Shown: positions 1 to 15,480 of the stretch, one piece after another
How the letters are laid out: the number at the start of each line of letters is the position of its first letter
How positions within the stretch are numbered: position 1 is the first letter of the stretch
Assembly: GCA_951406725.2 (NCBI GenBank)
Contig: OX597823.1
Coordinates: forward strand, 12,834,001-12,898,000
DNA length: 64,000 nucleotides
Direction of reading: 5' to 3'
Source of the DNA: Octopus vulgaris
Taxonomy: Eukaryota
The notes under the pieces: generated by a model
The model's input: only the letters and a program-made list of their open reading frames with translations
Database searches by the model: none
Told to the model about the DNA's origin: nothing
Made by a program: the position numbers and the translations under genes

Positions 1-58
<58 letters not shown>

Positions 59-1228
59 TTACGTATATGTACATACATATGTTTGTGTGTGTGCTTGCAT
101 ATACGTATATCTGGTTAAGAAGATTGATTCTCAGCCATGTGGCCTTTGGTTCAGACACACTGCGTAGCATAGTGGGAAACAATACATGCACACCTACACA
201 TACACGCACACTCACACGCATATGCATACTTTTATCTGTTTGTATATATATATGCGCGTATGTGTGCGTAAGTGTATGTGTATATATCAGGATGTGTGCA
301 TGTATGAATTGTATTATACAGCTAATCATAAGTTCCTGTTAAGGAAAGCACTGCTTAGATCTCCGCAACCAATTTAACATGTAAGTGTATTATTAGTCCG
401 TGGACGTTGCGAACTGTAAGCACCTGTTCTCATTCCTGCGGAAGACTTACTTATGTACGTGTATATGCATATGTCGAAAATGTGATGATGTTTGGTCGAC
501 AACTGATGAGAGGCTCACCGTGGATCTAACAGTTTTGTGTGAATATTTTTGTTGTGGGGAGTGGTCCTGCAAATTCTTCTCATGTCATTCTGTATTATTT
601 TTCTTTACTCACAAACCCACATAGTACACACACATATACTCATATAAATAGAGAAGCTTTTGCTAGTGGAAACTCACACACACTAGCATATACACCGACA
701 CATTCGCAACACACAATCACATGTTCTATGCTGGTGTCGCATTTGCAACTTAGCACTTAACACTAGAGCTGTTATATGTCCAACTATTATTTTTATACAA
801 CTTACTTTTCATTTTGTTTCATATTTTTATTGTGTTGTATTGGATTAATAAATGCAGTTGATAATTGTAAATGATTCTTAGATAAAGGTCTTCTAGGTTA
901 GCCGTTTTTTTACGCTCAGTTAGTAAGTGTTAAGCTTTCAGAGAACTGTTATCTTATGTTTTCAGGCATTTCTGCTGTGCAATCTAACACAATCATAGTA
1001 TAAATGAAAATCTATGTGTTTATGTAGGCATTTCTATATATGTATATATATATATGTATTTATATAAGTAATGCATGTTTGCGTGTGTGAAGATATGTTT
1101 GTCTGTATGCGTATATCAATATCAATGTATATTTATATGTATATGTATATATTTTTGTGCGTCTGTAGGTATGTATGTGTGTCTAGGTATGCATGTATCT
1201 ATGTATACGTATGTGTTTATATGTACAT

Positions 1229-1277
<49 letters not shown>

Positions 1278-2350
1278 ATGTATGTATGTGTGTATTTACC
1301 TTTGTTTCAAATTATATGCTCCTTAGATGATGAAATTTTGCATGGAGGAACAATTCTTAAGTAAGAATTTTACAGTTGATAAGACATTTTCCGAAAATTT
1401 AAAATCTTCAATTTATTAAAAAATGAAGACTTTATGCTTACTGTAGATGAATGTTCTCATCCTGGTGAAGAGAGAGGAATGTGTGACAGCATATACTTTA
1501 CAGGTAGTGCTGGTGGTGTCGATGGCGCCAGTTGTGTTGTTAACGGTAGTGGTGGTGGTGGTGGTGGTGGTGGTGTTAGTGGTGGTGTCGGCGATGCATG
1601 GTAATACAGTTATCTATAGTGATGGTTGTGGTGGTGAGAATAAAAATGATGGCTAATCATACTCTTCATTTGTTTTCTCTTTCCATACGAGATTGCTTGT
1701 GGATGTGAACATTCTACAAACGAAAATTGATTACATACAGCCAAACTTTTTAATGTGAACAGGAGAATCTATGTTGGAAATCCGAAAATTTTTATTTAAA
1801 CGCGACAGACAGAAAAATCAAACAAGATATAAACATTCTCCTTACTTCAGAAATGCAAATTTTCTTATTACAGACAAATATTATAGATATTGTGTTCGTT
1901 TCTTATTAAATTTTTATATTACACCAGACGTTATATAACTCACACGTACAGTTTCATTAAAGATATTAAGCTTCATCCCTTTAATATAGAAATCTCTGAA
2001 TATATATAAATGTACATCTGGTTCGGTGACGGGGTAAAACAATTGAGAAGAACCGTATTGTGCATTGGTATTCACTATATTCTAAATATATTGCGTACAT
2101 GTAGTTGGTAGTTCATACTTGTCAAATTGGGTTATAAGTAGTCGTTTCTCTTATGGATAAGTCACAGTGAATATTCTATATTTGGAAAGCAGAAAACCGT
2201 AAGTTTATAACACATCTATAATTGATAAATATCGGTTTATATTTTGGCATCAGTCAATTTTCTTAAAATGCATACTTTTTATAAATCATACACATATGTT
2301 TATGTAGAATAATAAAACGAGGCTTAAAAATATGTGTGTACCTTCGAAAA

Positions 2351-3028
<678 letters not shown>

Positions 3029-3404
3029 TATACATTTATAAATATTTTATATATTTAAAAATTTTAATATTATATCTTGTATAAATGAATGTACCAATGA
3101 ATTCTGTGGAGTATTCCGACGCTTTGAAATACATTGAGTAAATATGAACACTGACCTTGGAAATTTGTTCCCTCTTTCTTGATTATATATATATATATAT
3201 ATATATAAATGAATGAATGAATTATCCTTTGTTTACCGTTAACATGGAAAATTCAATAAACATGTACCAGGGTAGCAAAATTCACGCAAGTAACAGGGAT
3301 GAAACAACCTATTCAAAGGTATAAACTCCGGGTTAATGTGCAGTAATTTGTGTATTATAAGTAAATAAATGGAGTTGAACGAAGATGTTATTAAAATTCT
3401 TTTA

Positions 3405-3486
3405 CTTTCGACGTATGTTTCGAAGACAACATGGTATTATTCCAAAGGAATAAACGGTATAAAATGCGATCTTCTCATCAAGAAAG
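3405..3486 (-). ncRNA. Type I hammerhead motif with a C3U core change
   Basis: Minus strand: CTTTC TTGATGA GAAGA...TCTTC GAAA CATACG TC GAAAG; stem I CTTTC/GAAAG, stem II GAAGA/TCTTC. Confidence 0.65.
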
Positions 3487-3619
3487 AAAGAGAGCCTATC
3501 TCAACAACAAGACATTATAACAATTACGATGACTGCCCAAACATCGACACACCTAACTGTATTACCTAGGTAGTCATCGTAATTGTAATAATGTCTAGTT
3601 GTTGAGATAGGCTCTCTTT

Positions 3620-3701
3620 CTTTCCTGATGAGAAGATTGCATTTTACACCATTTATTCCTTTGGAATAATACCATGTTGTCTTCGAAACATATGTCGATA
3701 G
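3620..3701 (+). ncRNA. Type I hammerhead ribozyme motif, canonical core
   Basis: CTTTC CTGATGA GAAGA...TCTTC GAAA CATATG TC^GATAG; palindromic stem III ACATATGT, GUC cleavage triplet, one mismatch in stem I. Confidence 0.8.
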
Positions 3702-3764
3702 TAAAAGAATTTTAATAACATCGTTCAACTCCATTTATTTGCTTTATATATATATATATGTGTG

Positions 3765-3814
<50 letters not shown>

Positions 3815-4389
3815 GATATATATATATATACACGAAAAGGATATGTTATAACATTATTCTACATATACACAACACCCATACCAACAATCCAACATACCTC
3901 CATCGTCAGCTGCCTTACGGATATCATTATAGTTTCGACACCTGGGCAGTACCATTCAATCCGGCGGTGTTAGCAGCACTAAAATAAGTATTGTCCGTAT
4001 TAAAATCCACGAGGATATTAAAATATGTGGATGGTGAATGTATAGCAATAATCCAAATAAATGAGAAAGTTGGTATAAGATGATTTTAAAAGGTAACTTG
4101 AGCAGGTGCAAATCTGACGGCCGTTTCGAGAAGATATAGTTTGGTATAGGTGAGTTAATTCCAACCATAACAATCATCTATATTTCTATCATCAGAGTTA
4201 ATCTAAAGGGTTTATAAAAGAGTTATTTAAATCTTAGTTTTAAGCAACATTAGAAATTTAAGGATTTTTAAAAATCAAATGCTGTGTCAGAGCATACTTT
4301 ATTTTAAATCGAAGCCAAATATATGAAGGGTAACTAGGTTAAAATTATATACACTAATTATTTTTGGAAAGAAATTTAAAAGTTGATAA

Positions 4390-5078
4390 ATATTTATATG
4401 TACAAAAAAAATGACATCCAAGATTTTGTAAAGTAAAATTTTTCGTCAGCACAGAACATCTAGATCGCTTCTTTTGTGCATAATTGCAGTTTCTGGTGTG
4501 TGTATTTATGTTGTCGTTTATAAAAGACCAATCTACACTGAATTCCTTATTGCCAATTTTTTATTTATTAATGTGGGTAAGTAGCCAAGTTGAATTTTTT
4601 GGTTCTAGTTTAAAAAATGAACTCGTGTGCACGCTGTATCTAGTCTTAAGATCAGTCGTACTTCCTATGTAAATCTTTTTTGATTCACTAAGGGTTAAAA
4701 CCTCAATTTTATATGACATTTCTCCTTAAATAGAATCTCTTTAAGGGATATAATATCTGGTTACGGCAATTACATATTTTATTTCCATGCTTCACCTTTA
4801 TATTTTAAATATCAGGAATCTTGTTATTTTCTTCGCTCATCTCTATCAATCCTATTATTTCTAAGTTGAAATCTATTGTTGGCAGCGATTATAGGTCCTA
4901 GGTTGGGCGTGGTTGAGTAGGATAATTTAAGGCAGGACCTATTAAAGATTGAATGGTATTCATGGCCGAAAGGGAAATTCCTGTCAATAATCCTAAAAAA
5001 TGATTTAGAGAGGCTTCTGACTTGGAGGGAAAAAGGGGGGTGAACCAGATAGTTACCCTCCTTACTCTGCCCAGTATA

Positions 5079-5156
<78 letters not shown>

Positions 5157-5810
5157 GCTGTTGTTGTTGTTTTAATGAAATGAATTATTGTATTTTCTTT
5201 TATGGTGTCGGTTCTTATGCTCGGAGGGTGTGGGGTCATGGGAGGCGTGTCGATGTTTAATTTCGCAATATTTGGAAAACGTTCACTTTATTTTTAAATA
5301 TTGTTCTCTTAATATAATATATTATTGACGCTACTGTCCTTCAATGCTGTATTATAAAATGTTGCAAAATTATAAAAAATCTTTTCGTTTGGAGATAAGT
5401 TAGAGATTGTTATCGGCACACCTTTGACTACCCCATTAATAACACTTTGGGCATGCTTTGATAAGGCGTAGATATACTTAATAGCTTTATTAGGCTTACG
5501 GTAGGGGTAAAAATAAGCCATTATCTAAATTTAATGTTATGTCCAAAACGTTAATACATTTAGCGACATTTTCAAATATAATATCTAAGGTATATGACTT
5601 TAAAAAAAATATTAATCGTTTCTTTACCTTATCAGTTGCTTGTGCAGAGGAGCTGGAAATAGCGAATAATGCATCGTCTCTATACAAACCTCCGCTGATA
5701 CTTTTTGAAAGAAGTAAGAATAAACCGACAATAACAGTGACTTTGGAAGAGTCCGAGCTTCCCAATGTAATATTAAAGTCATCTTGAAGGTCATATCCGG
5801 TCCAGGTCCT
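4390..5810 (-). pseudogene. Decayed Penelope-like element ORF (RT, thumb, GIY-YIG endonuclease)
   Basis: GLYRDDAL RT motif and LDITLNLDNG in ORF 5496-5897; PYRKPN..KYI..SKH in 5309-5521; manual translation near 4560-4780 gives CNCR and KIYIGSTTDLKTRYSVHTSSF; stops and frameshifts present. Confidence 0.85.
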
Positions 5811-5818
5811 ATTTCTTA

Positions 5819-5857
<39 letters not shown>

Positions 5858-5866
<9 letters not shown>

Positions 5867-6022
5867 ATCCAAGCATGAAAACACAAAGAGAAAACACAAC
5901 AACGCGAGGACGTGGAGCAAATATAGTATTATTGGACGCTCAGGAAAGAAGGAGGGTTTAACGTTTCGAGCGGAGCTCTTGGTCGAAAACAGGAGAAGGA
6001 AAGATCCAGAGAAGGGAAGACA
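5858..6022 (-). mobile_element. Hammerhead-tail family H copy, degenerate core at 5956-5990
   Basis: Shares AGTTAATCCA...GGACGCTCAGGAA...AACGTTTCGAGCGGAGCTCTT with copies at 35078, 44443 and 58948; abuts (TA)n. Confidence 0.8.
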
Positions 6023-6206
6023 ATGTACGTTTATCTAAACCAACTTCGCTCTTCGGTTCCCTTAACTCTCAACTCTCAAAGAACGAGAATTTCAAGATTT
6101 ATTGAAACAGAGCATCACTTGCAAAGCAAATCATAGATGGATGGCAATAGAATCAGAGAAGTAAGACGATCTCTCTATTTATTTTCTTTCTATCTATCGG
6201 TTTGTC

Positions 6207-6293
<87 letters not shown>

Positions 6294-6495
6294 ATGTATT
6301 TAACGTGACGTGACCATAAGAAAAACCGTTACTTATAACTCAATTTGACAATTATGAACTACGAAGTACATGCAGGCAATATATTTAGAATATAGTGAAT
6401 ACCAATACGCAAATTGATTCTTCTCAATCGTATTACCTCTAATCGGATATACATTTATATACACACACAAATTTATATATATATCCATACATACA

Positions 6496-6548
<53 letters not shown>

Positions 6549-6690
6549 GCAATATTGAAAATTATATATATGACAGTGATACGCACACATATGTATATAT
6601 ATAATTATATATGTATACATATGAATCTCTCCCTCTCTCTCTCCCTCTTTCTCTCTCTCCCTCTCTCTCTCTTTCTCTCTCTATACACAG

Positions 6691-6721
<31 letters not shown>

Positions 6722-6981
6722 TATATATATATATATATATATAAGGCATATATATAAGGTATACTCCGTTAGGAACGTGGTAGATTACACTACAGAGCTC
6801 GTCAACCTTCAGAATTGCCCAATGCAATCCGGTAGTATTATATAATTACAAGTTTAAGGTTGGGTATTCGTCGTGGGTGAATATAAACTTGCAGAAATCT
6901 GAATTCCCACAAATAGTGGTGGGGTTCTATAAAGGGACGATGCACTTTTCCTAATCAAAAACTGTACTGAAATAGAAACAG

Positions 6982-7590
<609 letters not shown>

Positions 7591-9718
7591 GTGCTATTAT
7601 ATATATATACATACATACATACATACATATGTGTGTGTGTTTATACACACACACACACACACACATATATATGCAGACATTTATAGATATGTTTATGCAT
7701 TAGCGTATGTTATAACCGTATAATTCACACAAGTCAAAACCTGTCGATTACTACTTTATGTATTTGTTTGTAATTTCTTGCGTGTATATGCGTTCGTATG
7801 TGTATGTGTATATGTGTGTAGGTATCTGTGTGCTTCTTTGTGAGTATCGTCATGAACTACCCGTTCATGATATCTCATCATTTATTAATCTGATGAAATT
7901 TTGTCATTACCACTCTAAATATAATTATTCTATAATACCCTCTTACTATCTTGCTAAAACTCAAATGAAATAAATGCATATTTTAAAAATATGTGTCATT
8001 AAATAATATCTGTTTAGAAACATTTAGTTTGTCCAAGATGACACAAGAATAATCTTATTTGTCTTTTTTTTAGATATCAATTGCCTTGATAAATAATATC
8101 TTAAGATTCAAAGGCCTCTGTATTCTTTTTAATTGCCTATTTGTATATAATTATCTTCACCGATCATAAAGTGGAATGTTTCATAATCATATTTACATAA
8201 CTAATAATATCATTAAATAGAAAATGATATAGTCTATTTGTCCTAAACTCCATTAAATATTTTTAACGTATCATTAGATTATACCATTACAAAAATGTAT
8301 TGAATTAATCCGAAAACCCGAGTGAATTATTGATGATATACATATTTTTACTCAGCAAATATTATTGGGAAATCGACTGAAAATTGTTCGCAAGCAATAA
8401 AATCTTCGCAATTAATTTGCAGTAATATATCCTGTAATGTCCTTTCGGCAGTATAAAAATGGATTTGTATATCACACTTATTTTATATATTTCTTATCAT
8501 AAATCTCATTCCTGTATTATATTTTTTTTGTAAGTTGCAAATCAATCACCCCGCTGCCTGGTACTAATGAGTCGTGAACCGTAATAAAAGCCATTACAAG
8601 TATTTTCTCGAAGTCTCCCTCCATTCTTTTATGCTAGTATTTGGGAGTCCTGCAACAAAGTAGTCTGCGATTCATTTCCTTCTCTGCCTATACCACAAAA
8701 CAGTAATTGTTTTAAATTTCCGGACAAGGTTAGCATTTTTGAGAAGACAGGTGTGTTATTTTATCAACTACGAAGGGATAAAAATAAAGCTTTTCTCGTC
8801 AGCATTTCAATTCAAATCGTAAGGAACCGGAGGAAATACTATTGGGAAATTTGTCCGTCGCACTATCAATTACATCATCTTTATTTGAACAGTATAAGGT
8901 CTTGAAAATGTGTCACATACGTATGACTATAGGAGAATAATAAAAATAGTTTAACAATGCATGCCGAATCGAAAATATATACTTATTCATATATGGTTTA
9001 GCTGTTGTTCTTCCTTAACCCAAGACAACTCTTGTCGAACTAACTCATCGTCAATTATTTTCTATTTACGAAGGCCTCCAACATTTATTTAGGACGGCAA
9101 TTTCAATTGTGTTCTTAGCGTTGAGACAATAAGGTGATTCGAGGAAGATCTGATTGCAACATTTAAGCCGACTAGTCAACCAATACAATTTTGGTTTCAC
9201 AAATAATAATCATATTTAAGAAGTCTAAGGCGGCAAGCTGGCAGAATCGTTACCACACTGGTAAAATGCTTAGTGTACTCCGTCCGACCTTAGGTTCTAA
9301 GTTCAAATCCCACCAGGATCGACTTTGCTTTTCAGATCGATAAAATAGGTAACATTTGAGCATTGGAGTGGATGTAACCAATATTACTGACCTTGTACCA
9401 AAATTTGAAACCAATATTTCGGAAAAAAACACCACCTCATAGAGATTCTTTCGCTTACTTGTTTGTATTAAAAAACCTTGTGATATACTGAATAGGTGTC
9501 AGTGAAATGTGAATCATGCGTCCAATACAGAATAATACTTCATTAAATATTGGGCAGAAATGAACTGCGTCACAAGGAGCTGAGCAGCATATTTGACACC
9601 AGACGATAAGATTTTTATTTGTAATTCAACATTTCCGAAAATTTGGTCAAAATCATTTACTTTCTCTTTTGTTTCAGTGTAAAGTAATTATTAAATATCT
9701 CCAATTTACAATACTGTA

Positions 9719-9768
<50 letters not shown>

Positions 9769-10040
9769 TTTAAAAATTGAGGGAGATAAATTAATATTAA
9801 TTTTAATATCAATTTAAAACCAGTAGTCCAGCATTCAAAAAATCTGAGGAGTCAGAGAAAATTCAAATATATGTGTATATTGGCAGGGCTGGCTGCTAGG
9901 TAGCCGGCCAGAATGCTAGAAGAAGATCATCAACGATCAAACTACAAGAGAAATTCTCTAGAGGAAGAATTCAGCGAACACAGAACCAAATTTGGCGGGC
10001 AGGACATATGAAAAATTAAATAAAAATAAAAAACAGACTT

Positions 10041-10118
10041 AAATGCATACCTCGGTTTCGGTCTTAACAAAAGAATTACTTGCATAATTCAAGTGTCCGT
10101 GACTTCATCAGTACATTT
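10041..10118 (-). ncRNA. Type I hammerhead motif, left arm
   Basis: Minus strand: AAATGTA CTGATGA AGTC...GACC GAAA CCGAGG TA^TGCATTT; 7-bp stem I. Confidence 0.72.
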
Positions 10119-10289
10119 GGTCCTCGAGATGCAAACTGCAAGACTAACCCCAGCTCTCTGTGTCAAGACAGACAAGTGCTTAATCTTACTGATTACATAC
10201 ATCTTACTGATGTAATCAGTAAGACTAAGCACGTGTCTGTCTTGACACAGAGAGCTAGGGTTAGTCTTGCGGTTTGCATCTCGAGGACC

Positions 10290-10367
10290 GAATGTACTGA
10301 TGAAGTCACGGACACTTGAATTATGCAAGTAATTCTTTTGTTAAGACCGAAACCGAGGTATGCATTT
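10290..10367 (+). ncRNA. Type I hammerhead motif, right arm
   Basis: GAATGTA CTGATGA AGTC...GACC GAAA CCGAGG TA^TGCATTT; stem III ACC/GGT, GUA triplet, A-C mismatch at the base of stem II. Confidence 0.72.
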
Positions 10368-10518
10368 AAGTCTGTTTTTTATTTAATTTTTCATATGTCC
10401 TGCCCGCCAAATTTGGTTCTGGTGTTCGCTGAATTCTTCCTCTAGAGAATTTCCCTTGTAGTTTGATCGTTGATGATCTTCTTCTAGCATTCTGGCCGGC
10501 TACCTAGCAGGCCAGCCC

Positions 10519-10577
<59 letters not shown>

Positions 10578-10719
10578 TATATAGGGAGAGTTTACGAAAA
10601 AAACAAAAGGCGATGACAGGCGGTGTACAAAACAAACAGATGTATTAGTATAAATATATATATATATATATATATGGAAAGAGAGGCAGAGAATCAGACA
10701 GAAAGATAGATCGATAAAG

Positions 10720-11049
10720 ATGGCTGTGTGGTAAGAAGCTTGCTTACCAGCCACATGATTCTGGGTTCAGTCCCACGGCGTGGTACCTTGGGCAAGTGTC
10801 TTCTACTATAGCCCGTCGTATATATATACATGTATGTGTGTATATGCTTGTGTGTCTATGTTTATCCCCCCAAAATCACTTGACAACCGATGTTGGTGTG
10901 TTTACGTCCTCGTAATCTAGCGGATCGGCAAGTGAAACCAATAGAATAAGTACTAGGCTTACAAAGAATAAGTCCGGGGGTGGATTTGCTCGACTAAAGG
11001 CGGTGCTCGAGCATGTCGCCAGTTAAATGACTGAAACAAGTAAAAGAGA

Positions 11050-11050
<1 letters not shown>
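10720..11050 (+). mobile_element. SINE family A, internally deleted
   Basis: TGGCTGTGTGGTAAG head through the ATGACTGAAACAAGTAAAAGAG tail. Confidence 0.8.
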
Positions 11051-11103
<53 letters not shown>

Positions 11104-11175
11104 TTATAGATAGATATATAGATAGATAGACAGACAGCCAGACACATAGATGGATAAGCATATATATATATAGAG

Positions 11176-11242
<67 letters not shown>

Positions 11243-12065
11243 CAGATATAGTAAATAACTTTTTAAATTTACAAAAAAATCTATTAGTAATTTGCAATTG
11301 ATAAAGACCTGCTGTTATAGTAAAACTCTAAATGAATTATGTACTATTATTCAAAGGACGCCTGCCATTTACGCAATTTACAGGGCATGACAGTATGGTA
11401 CAATAGACATGTCACTATGTTAGCTCAAACATGAATTACCACTATTGACATTTAACATTTCATATTCTCCACTTGTAAGATCTTTATCGTTGACTAACGC
11501 ATATTAGTAACAAATGTAATTTTTTTTTATCGGTTTATTTAACAACCTGAAATTGTTTAACATATATATTTCCTGAACCATTTATATCTGCATATCAGTC
11601 TAGACAATAAAAAACAGTTCAATTCTATTTCATTGCTTCTTTTCTTTTTTACTTACAACAAGAGTGTTCTTTCTCTCACATAATATTGAAATTTTAAGCT
11701 GAAATTAATTTGAAATTCTGTACTATATTTCTAGTTTAATATTTACAACTAGGAAGTAACAGAAATCCCTAAAGAATTTAAATTAATCATTCCCCCCATA
11801 TATAACGTGGGATATATTGCGCTCTTTATTCACGAATAATTGATAGATTTATAAAAGCTAGTTTCACTACATTGTCACCCATCCATACATACTTCCGTCC
11901 ATCCATCCATCCATCCATCCATCCATCCATCCATCATCCATCCATACATACATACATACATACATGCCCGCAGGTGTATCTTTATCAGTATCAATGTTGA
12001 TGAGTGTCTTCGTATGTGTGTTTACATGTATGTATTTATATGTATGTATATATGGATGTGTGTAT

Positions 12066-12345
12066 TCTTTTATTTATTTCAGTCATTTGACTGCGGCCAT
12101 GCTGTTGCACCGCCTTTAGTCGAGCAAATCGACCCTAGCACTTATTCTATCGGACTCTTTTGCCGAACCGCTAAGTTACGGGATCGTTAACACACCAACA
12201 ACGGTTGTAAAGAGATGGTGGTGGGGAACAAACACAGACACGCAAACATATACATATATACTCACAAGGCCTTTGTCGGCCCGAGGCTATAGTAGAAGAC
12301 AGTGGGATTGAACCCGAAACCATGTGGTTGGTAAGCAAGCTACTT
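12066..12345 (-). mobile_element. SINE family A, degenerate
   Basis: TTTCAGTCATTTGACTGCGGCCATGCT...GAACCGCTAAGTTACGGG matches the family. Confidence 0.75.
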
Positions 12346-12529
12346 TATTTCAGTAAATTTTGCCATGAAGGCGTTAGAAAGAGTAGACAAGCAAGGTGAT
12401 ACAAACATAGTTTGAAGTAGCTTCTAATACGAATAAAAATTCAATGTTCGGTGAATGAAAATTTAAAAATCTATATATATATTTGTACAATAATTATTAT
12501 ACTAGCAATATTTGTTACAGGAAGGAAAA

Positions 12530-13633
12530 GAACCCAGCCATCCGGGTAGAACCATTACTCTTATCAACGACCCCACCTACCTCGTGTCAGTCAATCTTAG
12601 CTTGCTCGCCACATGCATCCATCTTTTCACAAATATATCCCGTGACAGACTGATCTTCACGTGACAGCCTGATCTTACTACTGAGGTGGTAACTAAAGAA
12701 GTTGATCAACCCCTGGCCAGAGACAAAGGTACCTGTTACTATGCCTATCACACGCGTCTTCCATACCCTTTAGCAGTATCTGGCAGCAGACAGAGCGCTT
12801 CACAAGAGACATTCCACTCTTCCACAAAAAGCGTAAAAGGATTCTCTCCAACTTGTTCAGCCACAAATCACGGCAAGGCACCACAGCCAGACGGTAGGTG
12901 ATTACTGATGCTATAAACATCTGTACAACTTCCACCCTCCTTAGTAAGGATAACGCCGACCCCGACAAAGTCTGGGTTAGAGAGGTCACCTTGCTGGCCA
13001 CCTCACTCCACTTTTTCTCTACCTGGAGGCCTGGACCAATCCAAACTCCGGGCAGCTTAATAGGACCTTCTGTCCAACGCCCCACGACATTATTGGACGG
13101 CATCTACTTGCACCTCCTGGTGCCGAGCTGCAATCCGACCGACTTGTCCTTGTTAACCTTTGCTCCTACCACCGTTTGATGACCTTTTTCACCACTGGAA
13201 GCTGACCCTCATCCGCCACGATGATGGAGATGTCATCAGCGTGCGCCGTAGCTCCTCTTCCAGACCATAGATCATGTGACGCACCCCCCAGCGCTTCCGA
13301 CTCCCACAGCAATGGCTCAAGTACATGCAAAAGTGGAGATAGGGACACCTCTGACTCACTGATCACTCGATCCTGAATGGCTTCGAAAAGAAACCATTCG
13401 CTTTCACGACAGACTCGATGTCGCTGTACAATGCGACAATCCAACCGCGGCAAATCGGGCCCAAGCCAGCCTTCTTGAGGACCGCCGCTAAGTACCGATT
13501 GTCGACCATAATAAATGCTTTAGACTGGTCTAAATGTACCAGAGACCCCTGCGCAGAAAGTTTCCTCACCCTCTCTAAGGAGTAGCGCACGAGTTGGAGA
13601 TTGTCGTGGATCGACGTGCCCGGGATGGTGCAC

Positions 13634-13635
<2 letters not shown>
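12530..13635 (-). pseudogene. Tx1/L1-clade LINE ORF2 reverse transcriptase remnant
   Basis: [41 protein letters not shown] and IKLPGVWIG motifs across frameshifted ORFs. Confidence 0.85.
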
Positions 13636-13673
<38 letters not shown>

Positions 13674-13703
13674 GGCTACACACACACACGTACATACATA
13701 TGC

Positions 13704-13743
<40 letters not shown>

Positions 13744-14165
13744 CTAATCCTTCCTGTGCACACAATCTGGAATGGAACCTTACTACTGAACTTGTTTTTA
13801 TTGTATCGACCCGGAAAGTCTAGGCGAAGTTTGAAGTCAAATGCAGAAAAGCACGAAATGCGGATTTTTTCCGACATGCTAACGATTCTGACAGATCACA
13901 TTCATATAATACACAATAGGAAACGCAAATGTATACTTGAAAATACGTATACTTTTGACTGAACACATTTGAATATCTTTTATTATCAGAAATTGTGGCA
14001 TGTGTCGTGGGTGGTTGCCTTCATTTTTCTCAGAGGATGTATAGCTCTCAGCCGTTGTCTACAAAGAGAACTGAATAGTAAATGACATTTAAATCAAACA
14101 CAAGCTATAGCTAAAATGACAATCTAGAACTTGAGTGACTCAAATGGAAATGTAATTTTAATATA

Positions 14166-14398
14166 TATTTCTTTACTACCCACAAGGGGCTAAACACAGA
14201 GGGGACAAACAAGGACAGACAAACGGATTAAGCCGATTACATCGACCCAGTGCGTAACTGATACTTAATTTATCGACCCCCGAAAGGATGAAAGGCAAAG
14301 TCGACCTCGGCGGAATTTGAACTCAGAACGTAACGGCGGACGAAATACGGCTACGCATTTCGCCCGGCGTCCTAACGTTTCTGCCAGCTCGCCGCCTT
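14166..14398 (-). mobile_element. SINE family B, full length
   Basis: Minus-strand head GGCGGCGAGCTGGCAGAA...GAGTTCAAATTCC; flanked by a TGTAATTTTAATATAT duplication. Confidence 0.88.
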
Positions 14399-15130
14399 AT
14401 GTAATTTTAATATATTATTCTTGACGACGGAATGATTTAATATCTAATATAATGTTTTATACCCATAAACGTTTATGAAACCATCTTAGAGGAAAACGTG
14501 CAGATTAACCCATACGTTTCTGTGTGCAAAGACAATAATAGAACGTATATACATTTGTTTCCATTCTACAGTATATAATTCATGAATTCTTGATCAACAG
14601 CAATTAATTTAACTCAGGTAAATGTAAGAAATATTTCTCTCTTGCAAATCTATGGGATTATGGTGTTCAAATAAATTGGGGGCTATTTTTACAAGAGGAA
14701 CTAATTAATTAGAGGTTTCCTTCTACGATTGTCTAAATCCACATTTTAGTATGACAAACAGGAGCCATTCCAACGTTCCAGCGTTTCAACATACACGTTG
14801 TAATTTCAACACTACGGATTCCAACACTAATTCAAAAAGTGTGATCTCGTGATATTCACGTCTATAACTCAATTTGCACATTGCGATAGCGCGATACGCA
14901 CTAAATAATGACATCGGAATGATCACCATCTATACATTAAATGAGTTAATTTACTCTGTTAGAATATTTTAGTGAATTTCCAGGTCCACCAGAAGAATTT
15001 TGGTTACTCTGCAGGTCCACTTGTTAATAGCTGTAGGCTTCATATTTTCGTTTCTTATTGAGTAGTGTGAGAAAGTCTTTTGCAGCGAAAGCTGAAATAT
15101 AAACCCAGCTGTGTGTGTATACTTGTAAAC

Positions 15131-15339
<209 letters not shown>

Positions 15340-15449
15340 ATGTATGTATGTATGTATATGTATATATATATGCGTGTGTGTGTACATGTGTATATGTATG
15401 TATACACATACACATACATACACAAAGATATTCTCAAATATACACACAC

Positions 15450-15480
<31 letters not shown>

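Larger units (their letters stand above)
3208..3745. mobile_element. Fold-back element with about 175-bp inverted arms (3362-3537 / 3569-3741), flanked by (TA)n
   Basis: Arms are reverse complements with a few substitutions; this explains the mirrored ORFs 3369+ and 3501-. Confidence 0.9.
9763..10523. mobile_element. Fold-back element with about 315-bp inverted arms (9881-10198 / 10210-10523), 11-nt loop, flanked by (TA)n
   Basis: Arms are reverse complements with few differences; mirrored ORFs 10080+ and 10089-. Confidence 0.93.

Noticed and set aside
3369-3734. Paired near-identical ORFs on opposite strands (also 10080/10089 and 52737/52874)
   Set aside because: By-product of the DNA palindromes; the conserved signal is RNA structure, not protein.
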